Shown: piece after piece, positions 56,521 through 64,000 of the stretch
Numbering within the stretch: the stretch's first letter is position 1
Layout of the letters: every line of letters begins with the position of its first letter
IMG/VR virus record: IMGVR_UViG_3300042013_000056
Location: 1-64,000 of that record
From: a virus
Reading direction: 5' to 3' (one strand)
DNA: 64,000 nucleotides
Notes under the pieces: generated by a model
Database searches by the model: none
The model's input: only the letters and a program-made list of their open reading frames with translations
What the model was told of the DNA's origin: nothing
Position numbers and translations under genes: made by a program

Positions 56521-56646
56521 TTATTGAATCACCAATATAACCGTAGAAAGAAGAAAAGCTATTAACCACACAACCGCAAATAAATTGCTTCTAACATCCA
56601 AATTCCACGCAATCAACCCGACGATTAGAACCACTATAAGAGCCAT
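56521..56646 (-). CDS. Small membrane protein (41 aa)
   Basis: Not in track: MALIVVLIVGLIAW... Confidence 0.5.
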   Translation of the reverse strand: MALIVVLIVGLIAWNLDVRSNLFAVVWLIAFLLSTVILVIQ

Positions 56647-56648
56647 GC

Positions 56649-56882
56649 TTAAACCCCTTTGATATAATCCGACAATTCAACCGCAAATGAAACCACGGTT
56701 ACAACCCCAGATGATACCACAGACATTTTAAGCTGTGCAATGGTCATGGGTTCAGCAGCCCGCCACAACCCCAGCAACGATAAGACAAGGCAGCACAACG
56801 CAAAGATACCTAGAACCACGGGAACCATCCAGAAAGAACTACAGTTAAACCACCATGGACAATCAACCAACCCGCTAACCAT
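56649..56882 (-). CDS. Small membrane protein
   Basis: Two hydrophobic segments. Confidence 0.5.
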   Translation of the reverse strand: MVSGLVDCPWWFNCSSFWMVPVVLGIFALCCLVLSLLGLWRAAEPMTIAQLKMSVVSSGVVTVVSFAVELSDYIKGV

Positions 56883-57106
56883 TTACCAACAAACAAACCA
56901 CCACAAACCCCAGCAGTACCAGACAATAAGCAATACAACATCAATAAGAATTGCTTATGGGTCATTTGATTTGATTGGTTGTATTCATACCCCCAGCACC
57001 TTAGCCAATGGTGTGAAGAACCCAATAGCCAGCATTGACCCAATAGCAAAATATCCACCACAGACCAGCACAACCGAAAACGCCCACAGAACACAATCTT
57101 CAACAA
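56810..57106 (-). CDS. Small membrane protein
   Basis: Hydrophobic, Trp/Gly-rich. Confidence 0.45.
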   Translation of the reverse strand: MLKIVFCGRFRLCWSVVDILLLGQCWLLGSSHHWLRCWGYEYNQSNQMTHKQFLLMLYCLLSGTAGVCGGLFVGKWLAGWLIVHGGLTVVLSGWFPWF

Positions 57107-57109
57107 AAC

Positions 57110-57316
57110 TTAAAAAACCCATTTGATCACCCAAACAATAATATCCAACAATTCAAGGATGGCAATGACCAAGCAAATAACCATTACCCCAATAGAACAA
57201 TCCAGAACCCGCCCACGCCAGCCGGAAATCGAATCACCCTCATCATTGGCAATCAACCAGAATGATACACCAACCCCAATAACCAAAGCCACAAACCAAA
57301 TCAAATATCCAACCAT
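57110..57316 (-). CDS. Small membrane protein
   Basis: Two TM segments. Confidence 0.6.
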   Translation of the reverse strand: MVGYLIWFVALVIGVGVSFWLIANDEGDSISGWRGRVLDCSIGVMVICLVIAILELLDIIVWVIKWVF

Positions 57317-57332
57317 ACCCGCCCCCAGAATA

Positions 57333-57458
57333 TCAAAATGATCTACGGATCAAGTCAACCATTAACCATAGAAAGAATACCAATACACAACCAAGGCCAG
57401 AACACCCAACCCCTAGAAGTAATCCATACAACAACTGTTCAAGCTTCTTAATCAACAT
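57333..57458 (-). CDS. Small membrane protein (41 aa)
   Basis: Not in track: MLIKKLEQLLYGLLLGVGCSGLGCVLVFFLWLMV... Confidence 0.5.
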   Translation of the reverse strand: MLIKKLEQLLYGLLLGVGCSGLGCVLVFFLWLMVDLIRRSF

Positions 57459-57937
57459 AACACTTTCACCGCGCCGGGGGTACAAACATCCTATAAGGAG
57501 GAACCCAATATTAGAACAATTAGAAAATCACAATCGCATCACAATAATTTTATATGAATATGATGATATTGCTGGATTCAATGGTTTTGTGGTGATTTAT
57601 TGCTGAGATTTGGAATACACCACAACATCAACCAAATTGATTAAACCATTGATTTGTATGGGTTGGATCGATAATAGATAGGAGAATTTGGTTGATGATC
57701 AATAGAAAGTAATAAAAAGACAATATGATGATTTGGATGATATTTTGTGGTTAAAAATTGAACAATAAATAAGCTCAATTTTGGGTGGTCATTTTGTTGG
57801 TCCTACTCGACTCGTCATCATCCTATTTGTATCAATCATATTGAATTGCATCAAACCACCAACAATTTATCAAACCACGCGATAAAATCCTGTCAGCCTC
57901 GGAGGTCAACAGCAGATTATCGCGTCATTTGTATCAT

Positions 57938-58297
57938 TCAAGCAATAACAGAATGTTCAGCATCAGACAGGAACGCAAACAGTTCCCCATAGGTTGGGAT
58001 GATTTGACGTGCTACCGCTGGAACGTTGATAACCCCAGAAATATAACGACCATCAGTCTCATATGCATGACTGATGATATCGTTAGCGAGGTCGCAAAGT
58101 TCGATATCATCGTACACGCCAACGGTTTTACCGTATGCACCGATAGCACACGCCTTGTAACCGTTCACATGGTCGATGCGTTGATCAGGGTCTTGCTTAG
58201 CTACGAACGCCTTGAACGCTTCCAGATGGTTAACAGCTTGAGCTGTATCAGCACCACTAGGAATGGTTTGAGTGGTTGTATCATTGTTTGGTGTCAT
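57938..58297 (-). CDS. Hypothetical protein
   Basis: Start set at MTPNND after AGGA SD. Confidence 0.65.
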   Translation of the reverse strand: MTPNNDTTTQTIPSGADTAQAVNHLEAFKAFVAKQDPDQRIDHVNGYKACAIGAYGKTVGVYDDIELCDLANDIISHAYETDGRYISGVINVPAVARQIIPTYGELFAFLSDAEHSVIA

Positions 58298-58438
58298 GGT
58301 TCGAATGTTCCTATATGGTTTAGTTACTCTAGACCGCAATAATACACCAACAGAACAGAATTGCAAGCAATAAAAAAGCCCCCGAAGGGGCTTTACATCT
58401 TAGATCAATCGGCTATAGTTACAGCCGGATCAGGTGTT

Positions 58439-58900
58439 TCAGATACCAACGTCGAACGCGACTGGTTTGTAAACGATTTCACGCGCACCGGGGGATGTTT
58501 GGAACTTTTCAGCCCAGCGAACCAGAGTCACGTCAGTCAAGGCATTGATTGCGTTTCGGACTTGGATTTTGTCCTTGCCCAGAAACTTGGTCATGGTGTT
58601 GACCGTGAACAGTCCAGCATCATCAGAAGTTGCCCATTGGTTGATCTGTTCCCGGATAGCCAACTGTTCAGGGCTAGCAGTACGACCGCCAGAAGACGTG
58701 GTAGACCGTTTGGCCGCTGGTGATGCATTAACCGGGGCATTGGCTGCATTCACAGCGTTAGCCAGATTAACACTGGTCAGGTCAACACCAGCACCGGACA
58801 ACATCGCTTTGGCCTTTTCCAATGCATCTTGGGCGAGATTCAAAGCAGTCAGAGCGTTAGTAGCAAGGTCTTTGGTTTGTGCAGCGTTCAGAGTAGTCAT
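58439..58900 (-). CDS. Winged-HTH DNA-binding protein, paralog of 38536-39057
   Basis: GGR..S..Q, FTV, VRNA, PGAREIVYKPV. Confidence 0.7.
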   Translation of the reverse strand: MTTLNAAQTKDLATNALTALNLAQDALEKAKAMLSGAGVDLTSVNLANAVNAANAPVNASPAAKRSTTSSGGRTASPEQLAIREQINQWATSDDAGLFTVNTMTKFLGKDKIQVRNAINALTDVTLVRWAEKFQTSPGAREIVYKPVAFDVGI

Positions 58901-59124
58901 GATGCTTTCCTTTCGATTAGTTTGGTTTTAAGCGTTTTCGTTCGCTTGAGCCCATTATAGGTATTGACAAACAGAACACAAGCATTCCAATCGAAGTTTT
59001 TTCACATCCCCTATTGACCATTGCAAATCAATAGGTTAGGCATTACCGTTCGTCGCTTTGGGTCTAGAATCAATTCAACACCCAATAAAAAACCCCGGTT
59101 TCCCGAGGCTTTCTAACCACTATG

Positions 59125-59508
59125 TCACTTGTCAAAGGTCACTATACAAACCAACCTGTCATAGCTGTAACCATCTACCCTAGCCCGATTGATTGCGTCA
59201 ACCTCCGCAACCGCATCCGTCATCGTCTCAACCTCATACGTTAGTTCTACAGGTTCGCCCCACTTCCTATGATGTATCGGCCTGCATTCGATTGTGACCC
59301 GCTTAAACGTGCGTCTGGGGCGTTCTAGCTTCGGGGCTGGACTCTTAGGTATTAATGGACCTTTAACGTGTTTACGCATCCGCTTATCACGTTTGGCTTT
59401 GCGTCTAGCCTCCTGTGCATCTTCCTTTTGAGCTTTCGCGTGTGCCTCTAAGTTGGCCCATGCTTTTATCTCAGCTTCCAAATCCTTATAAGACATGCTA
59501 ACCCCCAT
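59125..59508 (-). CDS. Basic hypothetical protein
   Basis: ORF with terminator downstream. Confidence 0.65.
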   Translation of the reverse strand: MGVSMSYKDLEAEIKAWANLEAHAKAQKEDAQEARRKAKRDKRMRKHVKGPLIPKSPAPKLERPRRTFKRVTIECRPIHHRKWGEPVELTYEVETMTDAVAEVDAINRARVDGYSYDRLVCIVTFDK

Positions 59509-59583
59509 CAGGGCCGAACCATTCAGCCCTTCCGCGCATCCTATATACCAATCAATATGCTGTCAACCATTTGTATCATTCCG

Positions 59584-59817
59584 CTATATAGGAATACCGT
59601 CCTCATCAACACTAACCCACGGTTCACCATACATAGCTATCACATCAGCTTGAGCAAGGGTCGCACACTGTACATAGTCATTCCCTAACGCTCTGTAATG
59701 GTCCATACGACGTGCGCGGTATGATGCAACCTCTATGCCTAGGCTAATAGAACCATAACCCTTCGGCGGGTTGCGTGGTGATGCTGCATAGGTGTTGACT
59801 AGTGTTTGAATGTTCAT
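59584..59817 (-). CDS. Hypothetical protein, first gene of the accessory module
   Basis: AAGGA SD and promoter upstream. Confidence 0.65.
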   Translation of the reverse strand: MNIQTLVNTYAASPRNPPKGYGSISLGIEVASYRARRMDHYRALGNDYVQCATLAQADVIAMYGEPWVSVDEDGIPI

Positions 59818-59869
59818 GTGTTCTATTCCTTATGCATTGGTGTAGTGGGTTGGTGTGAGTGATCATTCT

Positions 59870-60320
59870 ATATGATACAAATGGTTTGATGCAAATAGAA
59901 TGATACAAATACTAGTGATGGTTTGTATCATTGCTATAAGAGGTTGTATCAATCGATATGGTGTGCTAGTCATCGTCGATAGCATGGGTGCATGATCTAG
60001 TGTTGGGTGATTGATACAAATGATTGGACAGGGGTGGCGGGGGGTAGGGGGAGGGGGAAAAACCGGGACTCCGGGCGGGGGTGAGCCGGTTTAGTGGATT
60101 TTGATTTGTTATAGTCATATCAAAAAAATTTTCCGACCATATTTTTCGATCACCAAAATTTTCCTACTACATTTGAAAAATTGCCCGCCCAAAAAAATTC
60201 GCCGCCCAAAATTTTCAACTACAAACTTTTCTACTACCACCCACTACCATCTGACGATTCTACACCACAACCAATAATTGATCCCAGTATTTTCCATTTT
60301 CTGAATCACCACATCAAGGT
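59870..60320. other. Non-coding boundary: TGATACAA cluster, G-tract block, A/T tracts
   Basis: About 6 boxes in 59870-60020; GGGGTGGCGGGGGGTAGGGGGAGGGGG at about 60031-60057. Confidence 0.7.
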
Positions 60321-60362
60321 TATAGCTCGGCGGGTGGGAACGGGATGGTTCGATCACTTCCA

Positions 60363-60560
60363 TTATTCAGAATCCACGTATTTTTGCCATAGCTCGGCTG
60401 CCACTTGTTTAGGGATTTTCTTCTGGTCCATATATGCATGAACCTTTTCATCGGTGTCATGACCATAAATGTCAGGATGATAGAACCGATAATAGGTACA
60501 TCCCTGTGACATCCAGTTTTTAGACGCTTCGGCTTCTTTCCGCATTTCATCCCGAATCAT
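60363..60560 (-). CDS. Hypothetical protein
   Basis: ORF at end of operon. Confidence 0.55.
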   Translation of the reverse strand: MIRDEMRKEAEASKNWMSQGCTYYRFYHPDIYGHDTDEKVHAYMDQKKIPKQVAAELWQKYVDSE

Positions 60561-60563
60561 ATC

Positions 60564-60593
60564 ATTCAGGAATTCAGGAATTCAGGAATTCAG
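60564..60593. repeat. 8-bp tandem repeat (ATTCAGGA x3.75)
   Basis: Read directly from sequence. Confidence 0.85.
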
Positions 60594-60620
60594 CCCGTTC
60601 GGCGGCTGTTAGGATATGAG

Positions 60621-60845
60621 TCATGCCCCTGCCCCTATTTCCCAACCCATAATAGCTTTCTGAAATCCCGGCTTGGCATCATCAAACTTCATTGTGAACT
60701 TTGGACCCCTTGCCCCACAATCATGACATTCCACCCAACATCTACCCAAATGGTAATTAGGGGATGATTTACCTTTACAGAATGGGCATTTGGGTAATAC
60801 AGGATATAATACTTCGATATCCGCTAAATCATCACCTGCACTCAT
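60621..60845 (-). CDS. Lar-like (restriction alleviation family) zinc-finger protein
   Basis: L..CPFC.G...V.CHDCGARGP. Confidence 0.7.
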   Translation of the reverse strand: MSAGDDLADIEVLYPVLPKCPFCKGKSSPNYHLGRCWVECHDCGARGPKFTMKFDDAKPGFQKAIMGWEIGAGA

Positions 60846-61021
60846 TTAATCAATTTTCCTTCACTATCCAGATATTGTGGGCCGGTGATGGTCTTGGTCC
60901 GACCACATTTGATGCATTGGATATCTTTGTAAGTCCACAAAGGAATCCCGAAGAAACATGCATTCCATGTCTGAATCTGCTTATACCGATGGTCGCAGGT
61001 AAACCGGGAGAAGAATTTCAT
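60842..61021 (-). CDS. Small Cys/His protein (59 aa)
   Basis: Not in track: MKFFSRFTCDH...CIKCG. Confidence 0.55.
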   Translation of the reverse strand: MKFFSRFTCDHRYKQIQTWNACFFGIPLWTYKDIQCIKCGRTKTITGPQYLDSEGKLIK

Positions 61022-61218
61022 TCACCCACCAATGCATCAGGGTCTTTCAGCTTATGGATTTCATCAAGGTAATCCAGTGGTTTACTAGATGGAAACCACT
61101 CATGCCTACCCATCATAAAGTTTTCAAGGGTTTCATCACCACGACGATAAAACAACTTATCATGGGAATCATCGGTATAGACACAATGAGTAGCACCCTT
61201 TGGATATTTTCTGATCAT
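61018..61218 (-). CDS. Hypothetical protein
   Basis: P.GATH motif; coupled. Confidence 0.65.
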   Translation of the reverse strand: MIRKYPKGATHCVYTDDSHDKLFYRRGDETLENFMMGRHEWFPSSKPLDYLDEIHKLKDPDALVGE

Positions 61219-61355
61219 TTCTTTAGCCTCTTGTTGCCCATACGGGATTTACACACCGGACATTTACTACCAATACCAACCAGAGCTTTGTCACACGCAA
61301 GACAATACCCTTTACCCAATTTTGGCTTTCTAGCCCGAATTCGATTGACCCCCAT
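61215..61355 (-). CDS. Small zinc-ribbon protein (46 aa)
   Basis: Not in track: CLACD...CPVC. Confidence 0.6.
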   Translation of the reverse strand: MGVNRIRARKPKLGKGYCLACDKALVGIGSKCPVCKSRMGNKRLKK

Positions 61356-61360
61356 ATCAT

Positions 61361-61834
61361 TTACCAATTCTTGTAAGGATGTTGTATCAAATTGGAGTTG
61401 TAGTATTTGGGGTCGCCGGTGACTTCTTTGGTGACCCAGCGTGGCAGGGTAATCAATTCTGTTTCGGAAGTCAATTCGATTTCAGCTACAACCAAACCTT
61501 CATTGTCACCATGGAATGCATCAATCTCCCAAACCTTGCCATCAACCAAAACCGTACACCGGGTCTTGCTGATTACCCCTACGCACAGCTTGAGCATTTG
61601 TTGTGCGTCGTACTGGGTGATTTCTCTTTCCCATTCGAACCGGGACAACCCATTCTCAGACGATTTACCCTTGACGGTCATGAAGCCTTTCAAACCAGCC
61701 AACCGAATACGAACGGTTCTTTCTGGGTCAAGGTTCAAATAGCCTTGGGTGATTTCCTCTGATACTTTATTCCAATACAAAGTATCGAGGAATAAGGTTG
61801 TATCAATCAAAAATTTACGTTCGATTTCCATCAT
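61361..61834 (-). CDS. CYTH-domain (triphosphate tunnel) protein
   Basis: EIERKFL, QGYL, RIR, EWE, AEIEL. Confidence 0.92.
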   Translation of the reverse strand: MMEIERKFLIDTTLFLDTLYWNKVSEEITQGYLNLDPERTVRIRLAGLKGFMTVKGKSSENGLSRFEWEREITQYDAQQMLKLCVGVISKTRCTVLVDGKVWEIDAFHGDNEGLVVAEIELTSETELITLPRWVTKEVTGDPKYYNSNLIQHPYKNW

Positions 61835-62133
61835 TTGGCCTGAGCCTCCATGAGTTTGTCACACAACAAAATAGCTTCGGCAACCATTTGATCGCGTAAT
61901 GCCACAGGATCGATTTTCCGGCAATAGGAAGCATCACACGATTTCTTGCCCTTCTTATCAATCCGGGTGTAATAGATCAGAGGCGTACTACCAGCACGCG
62001 GCATGACCAAATCGACTTTCCAATAACCTTTGTGGTAACCAGTAACGATATCCCCGGCTTTGATCGTGGGGTCGTATTTGAGGGTTATGCCGTTGGAACA
62101 AATAATCTCAGCAATCATTGGAATTCCACCCAC
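61831..62133 (-). CDS. Hypothetical protein
   Basis: Coupled ORF. Confidence 0.65.
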   Translation of the reverse strand: MGGIPMIAEIICSNGITLKYDPTIKAGDIVTGYHKGYWKVDLVMPRAGSTPLIYYTRIDKKGKKSCDASYCRKIDPVALRDQMVAEAILLCDKLMEAQAK

Positions 62134-62486
62134 TCGGCATTTTTCCGTAATTCTTTCAGTTCTGTTTTAAGGGTTTCGATTTGCTTGGATTGGTCTGCGA
62201 TAACCGTACCGTGGTAATGTTCGTCTTTAGCAAGGTTTTCATTCAAAGCCCCGATGGTCAAATTCATATCATTGAGATTTTTACGCATTTCAGCGGTTTC
62301 TTTGATATGTTCCAAAGTCATTTGCTTACGGACTTCGGAAACCTGATCATCCACAAACACATCAACTGCATCAGCCTTGACCCATTTACCTTCTTCGGAT
62401 TCTTTAATTGATAGAACCCCTACATAACAAGGCTCGCCCCAACTGGTGGTATAGTCAGCGTAAGCCGAAATGTCGTATTTAATCAT
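62115..62486 (-). CDS. Coiled-coil hypothetical protein
   Basis: Coupled ORF. Confidence 0.65.
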   Translation of the reverse strand: MIKYDISAYADYTTSWGEPCYVGVLSIKESEEGKWVKADAVDVFVDDQVSEVRKQMTLEHIKETAEMRKNLNDMNLTIGALNENLAKDEHYHGTVIADQSKQIETLKTELKELRKNAEWVEFQ

Positions 62487-62728
62487 TTGCAGGTCTTTAC
62501 CGTTGAATCTGTATTGAATGCCGGGACTACAATCGCAGAACGATCATATGTCGAGAAGTAATACACCACACCATTCTTACAGACTTCACCCGCCTGATCC
62601 ATGTAGGCTTGCCCACGATGTGTAAAATACGACGCTACTTCGCCATTGGAACGCTGTTCACATCCAGACATCAATGCCGCACATACAGCCGACATACACA
62701 GCAAGAAACAGATTTGCCAAGTTTTCAT
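62483..62728 (-). CDS. Small lipoprotein
   Basis: Signal peptide plus MSGC lipobox. Confidence 0.7.
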   Translation of the reverse strand: MKTWQICFLLCMSAVCAALMSGCEQRSNGEVASYFTHRGQAYMDQAGEVCKNGVVYYFSTYDRSAIVVPAFNTDSTVKTCK

Positions 62729-62767
62729 TTTAAAATCTTCCCGATATTGAGCGATTATTGATTTGGT

Positions 62768-63154
62768 TCATGGAGACTCGATGAACCGATTAATCATGTC
62801 ATTTGCACGACCCAACGATTCCCGAAGCTTTTTGATTTGATTATGCATCGTGATAGATTGTTCTTGCAGCATTTTGATGGTAAGCCGATCCAATACTGCT
62901 TGATTACGCAGGTCAAGGATCGATTGATTTGGATCAAATTCACTAAGCTGAAAACCATCTGGGAAGTTTTCAATATCCCAGTCACCAACCGAAACCACTT
63001 TGACGGTTTCAGGTAAGCCATCGGAACCTAAAGGCCCATGTTTGATTTCAAATAATGGGTAGTTCATTTGAACGCCTTGAACTTGTTGATGAACGAAATG
63101 ACCTTGTAACCGATCCAACCAATAGCCGCTAACAGAACCAGAATAATACCGCAA
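62768..63154 (-). CDS. Hypothetical protein
   Basis: ORF in operon. Confidence 0.6.
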   Translation of the reverse strand: MRYYSGSVSGYWLDRLQGHFVHQQVQGVQMNYPLFEIKHGPLGSDGLPETVKVVSVGDWDIENFPDGFQLSEFDPNQSILDLRNQAVLDRLTIKMLQEQSITMHNQIKKLRESLGRANDMINRFIESP

Positions 63155-63164
63155 AGGATATAGG

Positions 63165-63371
63165 TCATTTTTCAGTGCAACTCGTCATGACCGCAACTGG
63201 TAAGGTGTTCCAGTCAGCGGCAACGGTGAACTTTTGATGCAAAACCATTTCTGCTTTATTACATGCATCTTGACTTTCGTATTCCTTGGATTCCAAGGTA
63301 ACGCCGTGGGGTGTTGATAACGCCACCCACAAGATAAAGATTTTCATTGAACCACCAATTGAAGTTGCCAT
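63165..63371 (-). CDS. Small secreted hypothetical protein
   Basis: MKIFILWVAL...S..ACNKA. Confidence 0.6.
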   Translation of the reverse strand: MATSIGGSMKIFILWVALSTPHGVTLESKEYESQDACNKAEMVLHQKFTVAADWNTLPVAVMTSCTEK

Positions 63372-63544
63372 GGGAACTTAACCCATACCAAATAAGAGAA
63401 CCAACAAGCCATTGCCAATGGAATTACCCAGAAAGGTGATACCTTCCCGGTGAAGGCAAACATGCAATATACACCACCGATAGTTGCGAACCAGAGATAC
63501 CCGGCGATCACTACCAGAACCAGCCAACCAAGTACGATCAACAT
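63344..63544 (-). CDS. Small membrane protein
   Basis: Two TM segments. Confidence 0.65.
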   Translation of the reverse strand: MLIVLGWLVLVVIAGYLWFATIGGVYCMFAFTGKVSPFWVIPLAMACWFSYLVWVKFPWQLQLVVQ

Positions 63545-63774
63545 TCTTCCACCACTTCGATTTGATAATTGCGAGGTTGGCCTGAAATTGCTTCGTACAG
63601 GTATTCGATTACCTTTTGGGCATCTTCCATGGTAGGTGTTGACCCGGCAGCACTTGGAATCGTCCCGTCCTTATTACCTTGGAACCCAATACCAGCCAAT
63701 GGGTTTTCATTCCCAATGCTGGTCAGGTACATTTTGTTTCCGTCTTTGTTGACGTAATAGATGTAATATGCCAT
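63538..63774 (-). CDS. Hypothetical protein
   Basis: Coupled ORF. Confidence 0.65.
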   Translation of the reverse strand: MAYYIYYVNKDGNKMYLTSIGNENPLAGIGFQGNKDGTIPSAAGSTPTMEDAQKVIEYLYEAISGQPRNYQIEVVEEC

Positions 63775-63969
63775 TTACACCACAACCTGTTTGATTTCGA
63801 TTAAAATGATTTCGAATTTATCATCCATGAACCAATCTTCACCGTAAGCATGTTCAAGTTCTTTTGCACATGCGTCACGATTCTTGTTCATGCTGAATAC
63901 CATGATGTCATCATTTTCTTTGTGATGACCAACCCAGTATTTCGGGGAAAAATTTTGATTTGGTGTCAT
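63775..63969 (-). CDS. Hypothetical protein
   Basis: Coupled ORF. Confidence 0.6.
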   Translation of the reverse strand: MTPNQNFSPKYWVGHHKENDDIMVFSMNKNRDACAKELEHAYGEDWFMDDKFEIILIEIKQVVV

Positions 63970-64000
63970 TACAGGACTTCTTCCCGCTGGGTGTCGTAGT

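Larger units (their letters stand above)
38160..56525 (-). repeat. Dispersed family of about 35 promoter/leader elements separating small ORFs
   Basis: Recurring order: stop, optional terminator, (T/C)ATCAAAC box, -35, 17 bp, -10, ACACCAACCGAAAC leader, SD, ATG. Confidence 0.9.

Noticed and set aside
38100-56525. CRISPR or TIGR-like array
   Set aside because: The repeats are separated by 200-500-bp intact ORFs rather than fixed-length spacers, they contain promoters, and no cas or Nop-domain gene is visible
59005-59040. Plus-strand promoter/antisense RNA (TTGACC, CCTATTGA inverted repeat)
   Set aside because: The -10 is weak and there is no downstream terminator or ORF; not enough support
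1-64000. tRNA or rRNA genes
   Set aside because: No cloverleaf or T-loop context found by eye; tRNAscan-SE would be needed to exclude them fully

Overview
A 64-kb segment of a large lytic T4-like myovirus. The host cannot be identified from this window, but the promoters are sigma70-type. 1-28 kb is T4-syntenic core: probable inh (partial), GIY-YIG homing endonuclease, uvsW, uvsY, ligase, phoH, endo VII, gp31, cd, spanins, nrdB/nrdA, td, frd, genes 32/59/33, dsbA, rIIB/rIIA, rnh, a repeat fibre, and a gp34-anchored beta-helix tailspike. 28-34 kb holds accessory genes (AT-hook/RHH protein, lipoprotein, macrodomain). 34.2-60.3 kb is a minus-strand accessory module with repeat-rich non-coding DNA at both ends and two tandem T7 gp0.7-like kinases. 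Its core (about 38-56.5 kb) is an array of about 50 small ORFs separated by about 35 related promoter/leader elements built around an (T/C)ATCAAAC box. One subfamily is a 25-bp palindrome whose asymmetric 7-nt centre occurs in both orientations between otherwise identical flanks. Two cassettes appear to carry small RNAs rather than ORFs, and two paralogous wHTH proteins are candidate regulators. 60.3-64 kb is ordinary operonic small ORFs (Lar-like, CYTH). No tRNA, rRNA, CRISPR array, intron or integrase was seen. All calls come from reading the sequence by eye; no searches were run.
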